Source: Cyanophora paradoxa CCMP329 (lineage: Eukaryota; Plantae; Glaucophyta). From it: 64,000 bases of DNA. A program made the translations under genes and the position numbers. The notes under the pieces were generated by a model, which had not been told where the DNA came from, did no database searches, and saw only the letters and a program-made list of their open reading frames with translations. Shown here in pieces: positions 12,340 through 24,400 of the stretch. The stretch covers positions 1 through 64,000 of the forward strand of contig QPMI01000239.1 in the NCBI GenBank assembly GCA_004431415.1, in the 5' to 3' direction. Positions within the stretch are counted from its first letter, which is position 1, and each line of letters begins with the position of its first letter.

Positions 12340-14878
12340 TCAGAGGCCGGTGCGGATGCGCTTCCAGGCGCGCTCGGACTCGCGGAGGGCGGCGGGGGAG
12401 GGCGGGGCGGGCGGCCCCGGACTGGCGCTGCCGGCGGGGGCGAGCTGGGCGGCGCAGGCGCGGGCGAGGAGGGCGTCGAGGCAGGCGTGGGGCCGGAAGG
12501 CGGGGTCCCGGGCCACCACCGGGTACTCTCCCAGCGGGACCTCGTTCCAGGGGACGGCGGCGAGCACGGGCCCGGCCGCCGCCCCGGGGCCCTCCGCCTC
12601 CAGCCACGCCCGCCCGCCCGAAGACGTCGAAGGCCGCCGCCCCCGCCCCGCGCCGCCCGCAGCACCGCCGCCATCGCCTCCGCGGGGAGGAAGCGGAGGA
12701 GGCGCTGCGCCGCGCCCGCCGCCCCGGCCCCCGCCTCGCGCCCCGCCGCCTCCACCACGCCCGGAAGGCCCTGCCGCAGCGCCTCCAGGCAGAGGCTCTG
12801 CAGCCGCCCGAGCGGCGGGAGTGGCCCCCGAGGAGGCGGGGCGCGGGTGGCGGCTCGGGGGCGGGCGCCGGCTGCGGGGGACCGGCGAGGGCAAGGGCGA
12901 GCTCGAGTGGGCCCAGCGCCGGGGCGCCGGGGCCGGCGAACGGGAGGAGCGCCGCCGCCAGCGCCGCGGGGATGGCGAGCGGGGGCGGAGAGGCGGGGCG
13001 GCGGGGCGGGGGCGGGGGAGGCGGGGGCCTCCGGGAGGCAGCGAAGGCGGGGAGGAGGCAGGCGGGGGCGCGCCCTCGTCGAGGAGCCGCGGGCGCGGCC
13101 CCAGGCGGCGAGGGCAGCGAGGGGGCCTCCAGGGTCGGCGGGGGGCGGGGGCGGCGGGGCGGTCCCAGGAGGCGAGCATGGCCTCCACGGAGGCCTCCGC
13201 CGGGGGCACGGCGGCCCCGAGAAGCTCCCGAGGCCCGCCGCCTCCAGCCGCCCCAGTCCCCCGCCGGCGTCCCCGCCGCCACCTCCCCCCACGCCCCGCC
13301 CGCCCGCTCCGCCAGCCGCCGCTGCGCGCGCCCCCACACGCCCTCCTCTCCCGGCGGGCCCCCCGTCGCCGCCTGCGGTTGCACAGTCAGAACGAGGGGC
13401 GAGCGGTGCCTCCGGGCGGGGCCCGACCTGGTCGCGGACCCAGGCGAAGGTCTGGACGATCCGCGCCGGCTCCGTGCCCGGCCCCAGGGCCGCCGCGCAC
13501 AGCGAGGGCAGGCCCCGCACGCCCCTGACCCCCGCGTCGGATGAAGAAGAGAGGGGACGGGGAGGCGGGCGCACCAGGAGCAGGCGAGGGCGAGGAGGGC
13601 CGGGAGGGAGGCGGGGGGCACGCGGGGGGCGACCCCCGTGTACGCGTAGCGCAGGGCAGCCCGCACGACGCCCGCCGAAGGGGGAGGAAGGCCGTGCGAG
13701 GGCTTGACCCGGAGCAGCGCCTGCGAGGCGCCCGGGCCCGGGGGTACGGCCTCGGGGAGCGAGCTGAAGCGGGCGGCGAGGGCCGCGCGGTGCGCGAGGA
13801 GGAGCTGCGGGGGGCTCGGAGGGGCGCGGGGGGCGGGCGAGGGGCGCGGGGAGCGGGGGCGACCTGCCCGCCGGCCTCGATGGCGAGGTCGTGCGGCTCG
13901 AAGAGGGGCAGGGCGTCGGCGAGGGCGGCGAGGCGGGCGAGCGTGAGGGGCCCCGCCGCCTCCCCGCTCAGCTGCTCCGAGCCCTCCTCCGCCCACAGCG
14001 CCGGCCGCCGCACCAGCTCGTCCAGCGCAAGGTCCACCGGGGCCGGAGCCTCCGGCGCCCCCTCCGCACCCGGGCCCTGCGCGGCCCCCCTGCGCGCCCC
14101 GCCCCCCATTGGTCATGCCAGGGCGCCGCGCGGGCGGGCGGGAGGAGGCTGCACCGCGGGGGGTACACGGAGAGCCGGAAGAGGAGCGTGTCGCCGACGA
14201 GGAGCTGGCTGGAGGGGTCGTGCAGCTCCGAGAGGCGCACGGCCTGCGCGCGCGAGAGCTCGGAGCGCCCTCTTGGATTCGATGGTGCTCCGAGCGCACC
14301 TCGGTGAGGTAGCACGCGAGCTTGCCGTGACTTCGAGCGATCGCTGCCATCTTGCCATCTGCCGGCGCGCGCGCGAGTGAGTGCTGCAGGTCCGCTGCTG
14401 CGGCGGAGCTTACGGGCTGAAACGCTGCGATCAAGATCCCTTGACACAGTCGTGAGCGTCACTTCGCCTGTGTAATTTGGTAAACACGGTAGACTTCGCT
14501 GCGAACGAGAGCGGCGCAGCAGCGGCAGGACCAGGCACGGAACTCGCAAATTCCAGCTGAAGGCCCGGCGGCGTCTCCGCGAACACGAAAACAGAAAGAA
14601 AGCAACCCGTCGCCGCGCCCGTTCCGTGCGGAAAGCGTGCGCCTGGCCCGGATGTTCAGCTTCAAGCCAGCTACCGCCCAGGCGGCGAACACGCACCAAT
14701 CACTTCCCTCCAGGCGAACCCTCTCGCTCTTGTGCATTGGCGGCAGCAAGGAGAAGCGTGGGAACGCGAACTCGAGAACGCGCGTCGGATCCACGCTGGC
14801 AGCGCGCCCGGGCTCGCGCTTGGTAGGCTGCGGTTCCGAGCCCGCCGGGGCGCTCCCCGCGTTCGCCGCAGTGTCCAT
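12340..14878 (-). CDS. MATH-BTB/POZ(-BACK-like) domain protein, putative Cullin3 adaptor
   Basis: MATH-like start (FAFPRFSLLPPMHKSERVRLEGSDW) and end (LSELHDPSSQLLVGDTLLFRLSVY). BTB-like segment VRAALRYAYTG...LPALLALACSW|GVRGLPSLC. Helical C-terminal region. Confidence 0.7.
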
Positions 14879-15025
14879 CTTGCGACGACGCGTACCCCGC
14901 TGAAGACAGGACGTGTACCCTTTTTCGGGAGCGCGGCTTCATCCCGGCAACTGTGTTCGCCGGAGGCGGGCAGCTCGTTCGCAGCTCTTCGGGCAGCTCG
15001 CTCGCCGGAGGCGGGCTAGCCGAAG
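14879..15025. promoter_or_regulatory. 147-bp divergent (bidirectional) promoter between MATH-BTB and SF3B3
   Basis: Head-to-head ATGs at 14878(-) and 15026(+). Contains the 15-bp direct repeat TCGCCGGAGGCGGGC at 14957 and 15002. Confidence 0.6.
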
Positions 15026-18000
15026 ATGTTCCTCTATTCCCTGACTCTGCAGCAGCCGTCGGGCATCGTCAATGCAGTCTTCGGCAACTTCAGCGCGCCT
15101 AAAGCGCAGGAGATCGTCGTTGGTCGCGGGAAGGTGCGCGGCGCACCGAGCCCTGCCGCGCGAAGCCCCGGCGGACCTCGAGAGCCCGTAGCACGCCTCC
15201 CGCGTTAGCTTTTGTTTCGTAACGAGTGCGATGACAGGTCCTCGAGCTCCTCCGGCCCGACGAGAATGGGAAGATGCACTCCGTGCTCGCGGTGGACTGC
15301 TTCGGCATCATTCGCGCGATTATGCCGTTCCGCTTGACTGGTGCGAGTGCTATTGAAAGCTTGGAGCCTCGCCGGCCGCTCACCATGCTGCGCGTCGGCG
15401 AGCAGGCGGCACAAAGGACTTCCTTGTCGTCGGGTCGGACTCCGGGCGCATTGTCATCCTCGAGTACAACCCGACGAAGAACACGTTCGACCGCGTGCAC
15501 TGCGAAACGTACGGAAAGAGCGGCTGCAGGCGAATCGTGCCGGGGCAGTACCTCGCTGTGGACCCCAAGGGCCGTGCCATCATGATCGGTCCGTGCAGTG
15601 TCCGGGCCCGCACGCCTTCTACCATTAGATACGAACGCCCGCGCGCCCGCCTGGCCGCCCCCGCCCGTCCGACCGACGCGATGGTCACTGCTCGCTGACA
15701 ACGCCCCCGCGCAGGCGCCATGGAGAAGCAGAAGTTTGTGTATGTCATCAACAGAGACGCGGCGGCGCGGCTGACGATCTCGTCGCCGCTGGAGGCGCAC
15801 AAGTCGCACAGCATCTGCTGGGCGCTCGTGGGCGTCGACGTCGGCTTCGACAACCCCGTCTTCGCCGCCCTCGAGATCGAGTACGCGGAGGCGGAGAGCG
15901 ACCCCACCGGCGAGGCCGCCGCGCAGACCCAGAAGGCGAGCCCTGCCGCCGGCGCCGCCGGCCGGCGCGGCGCAGCCTGACGCCGGACGCGCAGATGCTG
16001 GTCTACTACGAGCTCGACCTCGGCCTCAACCACGTGACCCGCAAGTGGTCGGACCCCGTCGACGACACCGCAAACCTCCTCATCGCAGGCGCGGCCGGTG
16101 CCGGCCGACGCCCCGCCCCGCCCGACCTGACCGCGCCCCGCAGTGCCCGGCGGCAGCGATGGCCCGAGCGGCGTCCTCGTCTGCTGTGAGAACTTCATCG
16201 TGTACAAGAATCAGGTCTGCTCCTCCTTTCTCCCTTCTTCTTTCTTTCCTTTGCCCTGGGCTCACGCGGGGCGCAGAACCACCCGGACATCAAGTGCTAC
16301 TTCCCGCGGCGCGAGGGCCAGAGCGAGGAGCGCGGCACGCTCATCGTCTGCTCCTCGACGCACAAGCAGAAGGCGCGGGGGCCCCGCCGCCCCACCGCCC
16401 CTGGCCCGCGCTGAGCCTCCCCGCCCACAGGACTTGTTCTTCTTCTTGTGCCAGACGGAGTACGGCGACCTGTACAAGGTCTCCCTCGCCACCGACGAGG
16501 AGAGCAACGTCCGCGAGGCGCGCCCTCGCCCTGCCCCCTGCCCCTCCCCGCCGCGCGGGCGGCGCGCGAATGCGGGGCCGGAGCAGGTGCGGGTGAAGTA
16601 CTTCGACACGATCAACACGTCGAACGCGATCTGCATCATGAAGCACGGCTACCTCTTCGCCGCCGCCGAGTTCGGCAACCAGTGCGCCCGCCCAGCGCCC
16701 CGCCGGCCGCCCTCCCGCCGGCCTCGCCGCTGAGCGCGGGGCCTGCAGCTCGCTGCACCAGTTCCAGAGCATCGGGGACGACGACGAGACGGCGGAGTGC
16801 AGCTCGTCGCAGATGCTCGAGGAGGGCCCGGACGGCGTCGAGCGCGTCTCCGTCCCCTACTTCCGCCCCCGGCAGCCCCGCAACCTGCTCGCCACCGACG
16901 ACGTCGACTCCATGTCCCCCATCGTCGACTTCAAGGCGCCCCGCCCGCCCCCGCCGCCGCCGCCCCCCCCGCCCCGCCCCTCACCCGCCCCGCCAGGTGG
17001 CCGACCTCTACGGGGAGGACTCGAAGCAGATGTACGCGGCGTGCGGGCGCGGCGCCCGCTCCTCCCTCCGCGTCCTCCGCCACGGCCTCCAGGTCACCGA
17101 GATGGTGCGCCCCCGCCCCCGCCACCCCCCGCCCCCGCCCCGTCCGCTCCGCGTCCGCTCACCGGGGCGCGCGGCGGGCAGGCGGTGTCGGAGCTGCCGG
17201 GCAACCCGAACGCGGTGTGGTCGGTGCGGCGGACGCGGCAGGACGCGCACGACAAGTACATCGTCGTCTCGTTCGTGAACGCGACGCTCGTCCTCTCCAT
17301 CGGCGAGACCGTCGAGGAGGTCACCGACACCGGCTTCCTCGTGCGCCCCGGCCCCGCCCCCTCCTCGAGCGCGCGTGCGGGCGGGGCGCTGAGGGGCGGG
17401 GGCGGCAGGCGACGTCGACGACGCTGAGCGTGTCGCTGCTTGGCGAGGACGCGCTGCTGCAGGTCTGCCCGGGCTCCATCCGCCACATCCGCTCCGACCG
17501 GCGCGTCAACGAGTGGCGCCCGCCCGGCAAGAAGAGCATCGTCAAGGCCGGCGTCAACAACCGCCAGGTCGTCATCGGCCTCAGCGGGGGCGACATCATC
17601 CACTTCGAGCTGGACCAGGCCGGCCACCTGATGGAGATCGCCAAGAAGGAGATGGGGCAGGAGGTCTCGGCGATCGACATCGCCCCGATCGGCCCCGACC
17701 GCACCCGCTCCCGCTTCCTCGCCGTCGGCACTCTCGACAACTCCGTCCGCATCCTCTCCCTCGACCCCGAGGACCACATGACGGCGCGCCCCCGCCCGCC
17801 CCGCCCCGCTGACGCCGGCCCCGCCCCGCGCTGACGCCGGCCGGCGCGCAGGTGCTGGCGATGCAGGCGCTGCCGGACACGGCAGAGTCCATCACGCTGC
17901 AGGAGATGTTCTCGGGCGCGGCGGACGCGACGACGACGCTCTTCGCGAACATCGGCCTCCGCAACGGCGTCCTCCAGCGCACCGTCGTCGACAGCGTCAC

Positions 18001-19862
18001 GGGCCAGCTCTCCGACACCCGCCAGCGCTTCCTCGGCTCCCGCCCCGTCAAGACGTTCAAGTCGCGCGTGGGCGACCGCCCGGCGGTGCTCGCCGTCTCG
18101 AGCCGCACGTGGCAGTGCTACACGTGGCACGGGCGGATCCACCTGACGCCGATGGCGTACGAGACGCTCGAGTACGCATCGAGCTTCGCGTCGGAGCAGT
18201 GCCCCGAGGGCGTCGTCGCCATCGCGGGGAACACCCTCCGCATCATCGCCACCGAGCGCCTCGGCGAGGTCCTCTCCCAGCACTCCATCCCCCTCACATA
18301 CACCCCGCGCAAGCTCCTCATGGGTGCCCCCGCCCCGCCCCCGCCCGCCCCCCGCCCCGCGAGGCTGACGGTCGGCGCGGCGGGGCGCGGCAGTGCCGGA
18401 CACGAAGCTGGTGGTGACGCTGGAGGCGGACCACGGGCGGTACACGGAGGTGGAGCGGGGCCAGATCGTGGACCTGATGCGCAAGGCGCAGCAGGACGCG
18501 GGGATCAAGCTGGAGAAGGAGCAGCAGGAGCAGGAGGACGCCGACGCCGAGGCGCTCGCCCGCGAGGCCAAGGCCGGCCCGGGGCACTGGGCCTCGTGCA
18601 TACGCCTCCTCGACGTCCCCAACGGCAACACGCTGCAGCGCATCGAGCTGGAGAACAACGAGGCGGCCTTCTCGGTGACGGTGGCGCAGTTCCACGACCA
18701 CCCGGGGGAGACCTTCCTCTGCGTGGGGACGGTGAAGGACCTCGTGCAGCTGCCGCGGCGCTCGCACTCGGGCGGCTTCATCTACGTGTACGCGTTCAGC
18801 CCGGACCGCACGCACGTCGTCCTCTACCACAAGACCCCCGTCGAGGACGTGCCCCTCGCCCTCGGCAACTACGCCGGCCGCCTCCTCGCCGGCGTCGGCA
18901 AGACCCTCCGCGTCTACGACCTCGGCAAGCGCAAGCTGCTGCGCAAGTGCGAGAACAAGGGCTTCCCCACCACCATCACCAACATCATCTGCAAGGGCGA
19001 GCGCATCTACGTCTCCGACGCCCAGGAGTCCGTCCACTACTGCAAGTACAAGCGCGCCGAGAACCAGGCGAGCGAGCGCCGCGCGATCGAGCGCGCCCGC
19101 CCCCCGCCCCTGACGCCGGCGGCGGCGCCGCGCGCAGATCTACATCTTCGCGGACGACAGCGCGCCGCGGTGGATGACGACGCAGTGCTACCTGGACTAC
19201 GACACGATCGGCGGGGGCGACAAGTTCGGCAACATCTTCATCCTGCGCCTCCCCGCCGAGGTCTCGGACGAGGTGGAGGAGGACCCGACGGGCGGCTTCA
19301 TGCGCTACGAGCGGGCGTACCTCAACGGGGCGCCCCACAAGTCGGAGAACGTCAACAACTTCTACGTCGGCGACGTCGTCATGGGCATGGTCAAGGGCGC
19401 CCTCCAGGTCCGCCCCCCGCAGGCCCCGCCCCCTGCCGGGGCGAGCGGGGCCGACGGGGGCGCGGGGGGCAGGTGGGCGGGGCGGAGGCGATGCTGTACG
19501 GGACGCTGCTGGGGGCGATCGGGGCGGTGCTGCCCTTCAACTCGCGGGAGGACGTCGACTTCTTCTCGCACCTCGAGATGCACCTGCGGCAGGAGAACCC
19601 GCCCCTCCTCGGCCGCGACCACCTCGCCTTCCGCTCCTCCTTCTTCCCCGTCAAGCAGGCGCGCCCCCCGCCCGCGCCGCGCCGCGCCCCCTCCGCGTCG
19701 CGCTGAGCGCCCCCCGCTCGCCGGCAGGTGGTGGACGGGGACCTGTGCGAGCAGTTCACGTCGCTGCCGTACGAGAAGCAGCTGCAGATCGCCGGCGAGC
19801 TCGACCGCACCCCCGCCGAGGTCGCCAAGAAGCTCGAGGACATCCGCAACATCATCCTCTAG
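15026..19862 (+). CDS. SF3B3: Splicing factor 3B subunit 3 (SAP130/Rse1), 18 exons by manual parsing
   Basis: MFLYSLTLQ...[114 protein letters not shown]...[11 protein letters not shown]-stop. Confidence 0.98.
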
Positions 19863-20196
19863 CCCGCGCCCCCGCCCCGCAACCCCCTCCGCACCCGCCC
19901 CGCCCCGCCTGCCCCACCGCCCCCTCCGCCCCCCGGCCCGCCGCGGCCCGCGGCCCCTCCTCCGCCCCGCCCGTTCCCGCGCCCGTCATGCTTTCTGTCC
20001 AGCTTTCTCGCCCTCTACATAGTAAACTCTCGATTTCGAGTCCAGTGTCACAGCACCAGTGTCTTTGGGTTCGTGTGCGTTGTCGAGCAGTGGGCAGCGG
20101 GCATTGGCAGTGGAATTTACGGGGCAATATTCAAGAAAACTCTGAAAAGAAAAGCGCGAAAGGAAAAGAGACATCGATGGGCCCACCATGGCCATC

Positions 20197-20990
20197 CTAC
20201 GCGCTGCGCTTGGCGCGGGCGCGGGCGCGGGTGGTCACGCCACGCCGCGGCGACGGGCTCCGCGTCGCCTTCCCCGCCCCGGCCCCGGCCCCCGCCGCCT
20301 CCGCCTCCGCCTCCGCCTCCGAGGCGGCCTCCACCGCCCGCGCCGGGCTGGCGTCGCTCTTTCTGGGGCGGCCCGGGCCTCTGCGCGGCGTGCCGGCGCC
20401 CGAGGTCCGGGGCGCGGCGGCCGCCTCCTCGGGCGGCGTCAGGGGCCGTACGGGTCGTAGTCGTACCCCCCGACGCAGAGGAGCCAGTAGAGGCGGATGG
20501 GGGCGTACACGATCGGGAAGCCAGCCGAGCAGACCTGAGCGCCGCGGCGCCGCCGCGCGGCCGGTCGACGGTCGGACGTCGGCGGCAGGCGCGGGGCGAG
20601 CGGTGGGGCGGGGCGGGGCGGCGCGCACGGCGCTCCAGAAGTTCCAGACGCCGTGGGAGTTGATCCAGGGGACGAAGACGGCCAGGAACGCGAAGTCCGC
20701 GAGGAGCCAGCCCTGGGGCGCCCGAGGTCAGCTCCGAGCCAGACCGCGATCCGCGCGGCGATGCGGCGGATGCGCGGCGCACTTCCACCTCGAACTTCGT
20801 CATCGCGCCCCACGACCGCGACTCGACCCAGCCCATCAGGAAGACGAGCGCCCCGAACCTGCCGCGCAGAGCTAAGCTACAGCATCCAGCGTGGCGAGGG
20901 GGCGCATGCGCACCAGGCGACGCCGCCAGCCGCGGCGTCGGACGGGTTCTTCACGCCAAACAGCTCGAGCGCCATCTTCGGAGCTGCCAT
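20197..20990 (-). CDS. Small multi-pass membrane protein, possible C-terminal AT-hook (needs a 1-nt correction)
   Basis: Spliced N-terminus MAAPKMALELFG...GGVAWFGALVFLMGWVES...WLLADFAFLAVFVPWINSHGVWNFWSA|VCSAGFPIVYAPIRLYWLLCVGG. As written it stops at 20439. One extra C in the C-run near 20443 would continue into ...RRGPGRPRKS...KRSA-stop at 20197. Confidence 0.6.
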
Positions 20991-21450
20991 GAGGATCGGG
21001 CCTGCGACTACCAGGTCAAACGAGCGCTGCATGCACAGCTATAGCTAGCTTCCATGCCTCGTCCTCGACCAGGGCTTGCGGGGCGAGGATCGACGGCGGC
21101 GGCGCGCGGCGGCGGTTACCTGTGATAGCCATGCTGACGCCCTCGAAGAGAAAGATGAGCCGCACGATGCGGCCGGCAGTTGTGCCCGCCATCTCCGCTG
21201 CGCTCTAGATGTGTGGAAGCTTGCGGTTTTGAAGCCGGAAGCTGTGTACCCCCCACCTCAAATTTCGCGTGGAATTTTGCGCCCTCGGCTCCCGAGCTGT
21301 CCCGGCCTCACGGCGAAGCGCGTCCATCGGCCCTACTTGCATATAGAGGTACGAACTACGCTGCGACCTAGGGGTAGCCTGCCTCTGATCGAATCCTGCC
21401 TGCCCCCGCCGAAGCCGGGGTGGCCTGCCTGCGCCTGCACCTGCGCCTGC

Positions 21451-24400
21451 CTACTCGTCGCCCTCGTCGTCGTCGTCCAAGTCGTCCAGGGCCCCCGGCG
21501 CGTCCTGCGCGGCCACCGCGCGTCAGCCCCAGGCCCAGCGCCCCGCCGCGGCGCCGGCGTGCGCGCTGGCGCTGGACCGCGGCTCGCCTGGAGGTCCTCG
21601 GCGATGCGGGGCAGGACGAGGCCGGGACGGGCGGTGGCGGAGCCCGTGCTGCTCTTGCCCGAGGCCGCCGCCGACGCGGCGCGCTTCATCGCGTCGACCG
21701 CCTCGCGCCGCAGGTGCACCGCCGTCTTCACCCACTCGAGCGTGCACTGCGCCGCGACGCTCCCGTGCTTGGCGATGTCCCGCTGCGTGAGGCCCGTCGT
21801 GAGCCGCCGCGCCGCCTGCACGTCGATCCGCTGGTCCGCCTTCGTCGGGTCGAACTCCGCGATCCGCCGCACGAAGTTCGCCCCCAGCAGCTGCGCCCCT
21901 CGCCCGTCAGGGCCCGGAGGGCGCGGGGGCGGGGCGGGGCGGGGCGGACCCCGCGGGCGTCGTTCCAGGCGTCGAGCTCGCGCTTCTGGTGCCCGAGCAT
22001 GTACAGCGCCGCCTTGACCACGCGGCGCACCGCCTTGGGCGGGTTCTCGTAGCTGCGCAGCTCGGCGACCTGGCGCGGGTCGAGCTGCACGAGCTCCTGC
22101 CGCAGCTGCTCCATCTCGAGGCGGGAGATCATGAGCCGGAGGCGGTCCTTCTCGCGGAGGCCGGGGGCCCGCTCGGCGTCGGTCATCGCTTCGGGGGGCT
22201 CGCGGAAGCGCCTGTTCTTGGTCTTCTTGCGGACGATGGACATGGCCTTGGAGAGGAGGCTCGCCGCCTTGCGCACGCGCGAGACCTCCTCCTTCGTGAG
22301 CGTCCGCCCCAGGCGCCGCAGGTCCACCCCGATGCGCCCGACGACGCGCCCCTGCCCGTCCTGCACCGCGATCTGGAACTGCCGCTTGTCTCCGCCCTCC
22401 GTCACGTCCGGCAGCTGCGGCAGCTCGTCCCCGATCTGTATCCTCGGCACCCCCGCCGGCGCCTGCCCCGACGCCGCTGCGCGGGGGAGGGCGTCAGGCG
22501 GGCGAGGTCTGCGGGGAGGGGAGGGGGTGAAGCGGGGCGCGGACCGATGCGGGCGGCGCCGCTGGGGCCGGCGGGGGCGCCGGCGGCGGTGCGGGCGGAG
22601 AGGGGGGCGGCGTCGGGGTTGGGGGAGGGGGCGTCGGCGGGGCGCGGGGAGGGGGAGGGGCGGGGGGCCTCGGGGTCGGCGAGGACGGCGGCGCGCAGGG
22701 TGCCCCGCTCGTCCTCCTGGAAGGCGAAGTAGGTGGCGACCTTGTCGCCGAGCTGCTCGTTGATGCGCTCCAGCGTCGACTCGGCGATCGTCGCCACCTT
22801 GTTCTTCTCGTCCGCCATCGCGATCGCGCTCGCCAGCGACTCCGAGACCGACGTGATGAAGGAGAGGTCGGGGGCCCCCAGCCGGTTCTCCGACCCGAAC
22901 GTGTTGAGCCCGAGCATCGCGAAGACGTTCCCCACCTCGTCCTTCAGCGGCAGCGCCATCATCGACCCGGCGAGCGGCATCGAGGGCGCCGCCGGCATCC
23001 CGAAGGCGAGGGGCATCGAGGGGGCGGCCGGCATGCCGAAGGCACGGACGCTGCCGGTGACGCGGAGCTCGGGCTTGAGGACGGGCTGGCCCGTCTCCAC
23101 CGCCTCGTACAGCGCGTCCTCCTCCTCCCCGTACCCGTCCTCCGTCGTGTAGTCGCCCCCGTCGTCGATGACCTCCGTCTCCTCCTCCCCGTCCCCGTCG
23201 GACGAGTCCCCGTCCCCCGCGCCGCCGGCCGCCGGCTTGCGGTTGATGGTGCGGGCGAGGACGGAGCCGAGGATGTGGCGCGAGTCCTCGTGCCCGCCCC
23301 GCACCGCCACGTACTGGAAGGAGGGGAAGAGGGAGCCCCCGAAGCCGGCGCCGCCCCCGCCGGGCGCCGAGCCGGGCCCCGCGGTGTTGAGGAAGGAGGA
23401 GAGGCCGAGGGCGGCGGAGGTGGAGGGGCGCGCGCTGCCCGAGGCGGGGCGGGTGTCGAGGGGCTCGGCGCCCTCGCGGAGCTGGGCGGCGAGCTCGGCG
23501 GCGGTGGGCCCCGCGGACTCGTCGGGGAGCATCATGGCGAGGTAGGCGCCGGAGGCGTTGGTGACGGCGGCGATGGCGTCGAGGGCCTTGCGGTAGAGGG
23601 CGTCGAGGTCCCCCACGCCCCGCAGCGCCTCCTCCTCCAGCATCCGCGACACCCGCTCCGCCTCCACCGCCCGCTTCGCCTGCTGCAGCTCTTCCACCGC
23701 CGCCCCCAGGCTCTCCCCCACCGCCCCCAGGAACCACTCCTCGCTCGGGTCCAGCCGGTGCGGCGCCGCCCCGTCCGCCGCGTCCGGCGCCACCTCCACC
23801 TCGATGACCCCCGTCACGTTGCCGCGCTTGTCCTTGACCGCCACCTGCACCCGCCCGGGGCCCGGCGCCGGGTCCGGCAGCGGGGCCCCCGCATCCGCGA
23901 AGACGTCGCCGAGGGGGTGGCCCTCGGACTGCGTCCCCACCGCCGCGACGGTGCGGACGAGGTTGTCGCCGGCGCCCAGGCGCCCGGCGTTCTTGAGGGC
24001 GACGGAGACGCCGCGGACGCGCGTGTAACGCATGATGCCGTCGACGGCCGTCTTGTAGAGGTCGGAGACCTCGGTGCCGCCGGCGTCGAGGCCGGTGCCG
24101 CGGCGGCGGGCCTTGGCGGCCTCGCGGTTGACGGCCTGGGAGAAGAGCTGGGGGAAGACCTCGCCGCCGTGCTTGCGGGCGACGGCGTCGCAGAGCTCCG
24201 AGGCGCTGCAGACGAGCCGCTCGAGCTCCGCCACGTCGCCCGGCCCCAGGCGCCGCCCCCCGCTCGCCCCGATGACCCCGACCACCTCGCCGCGCACGTT
24301 GACCATAGGGACGGCGACGTGCGCGCCGGCCTCGAGAAGGTCCCGGGGCGCCCCCGCGGGGCCCGTGCGCACGCCCTCGACGACCACCGTCTTGCGCGCG

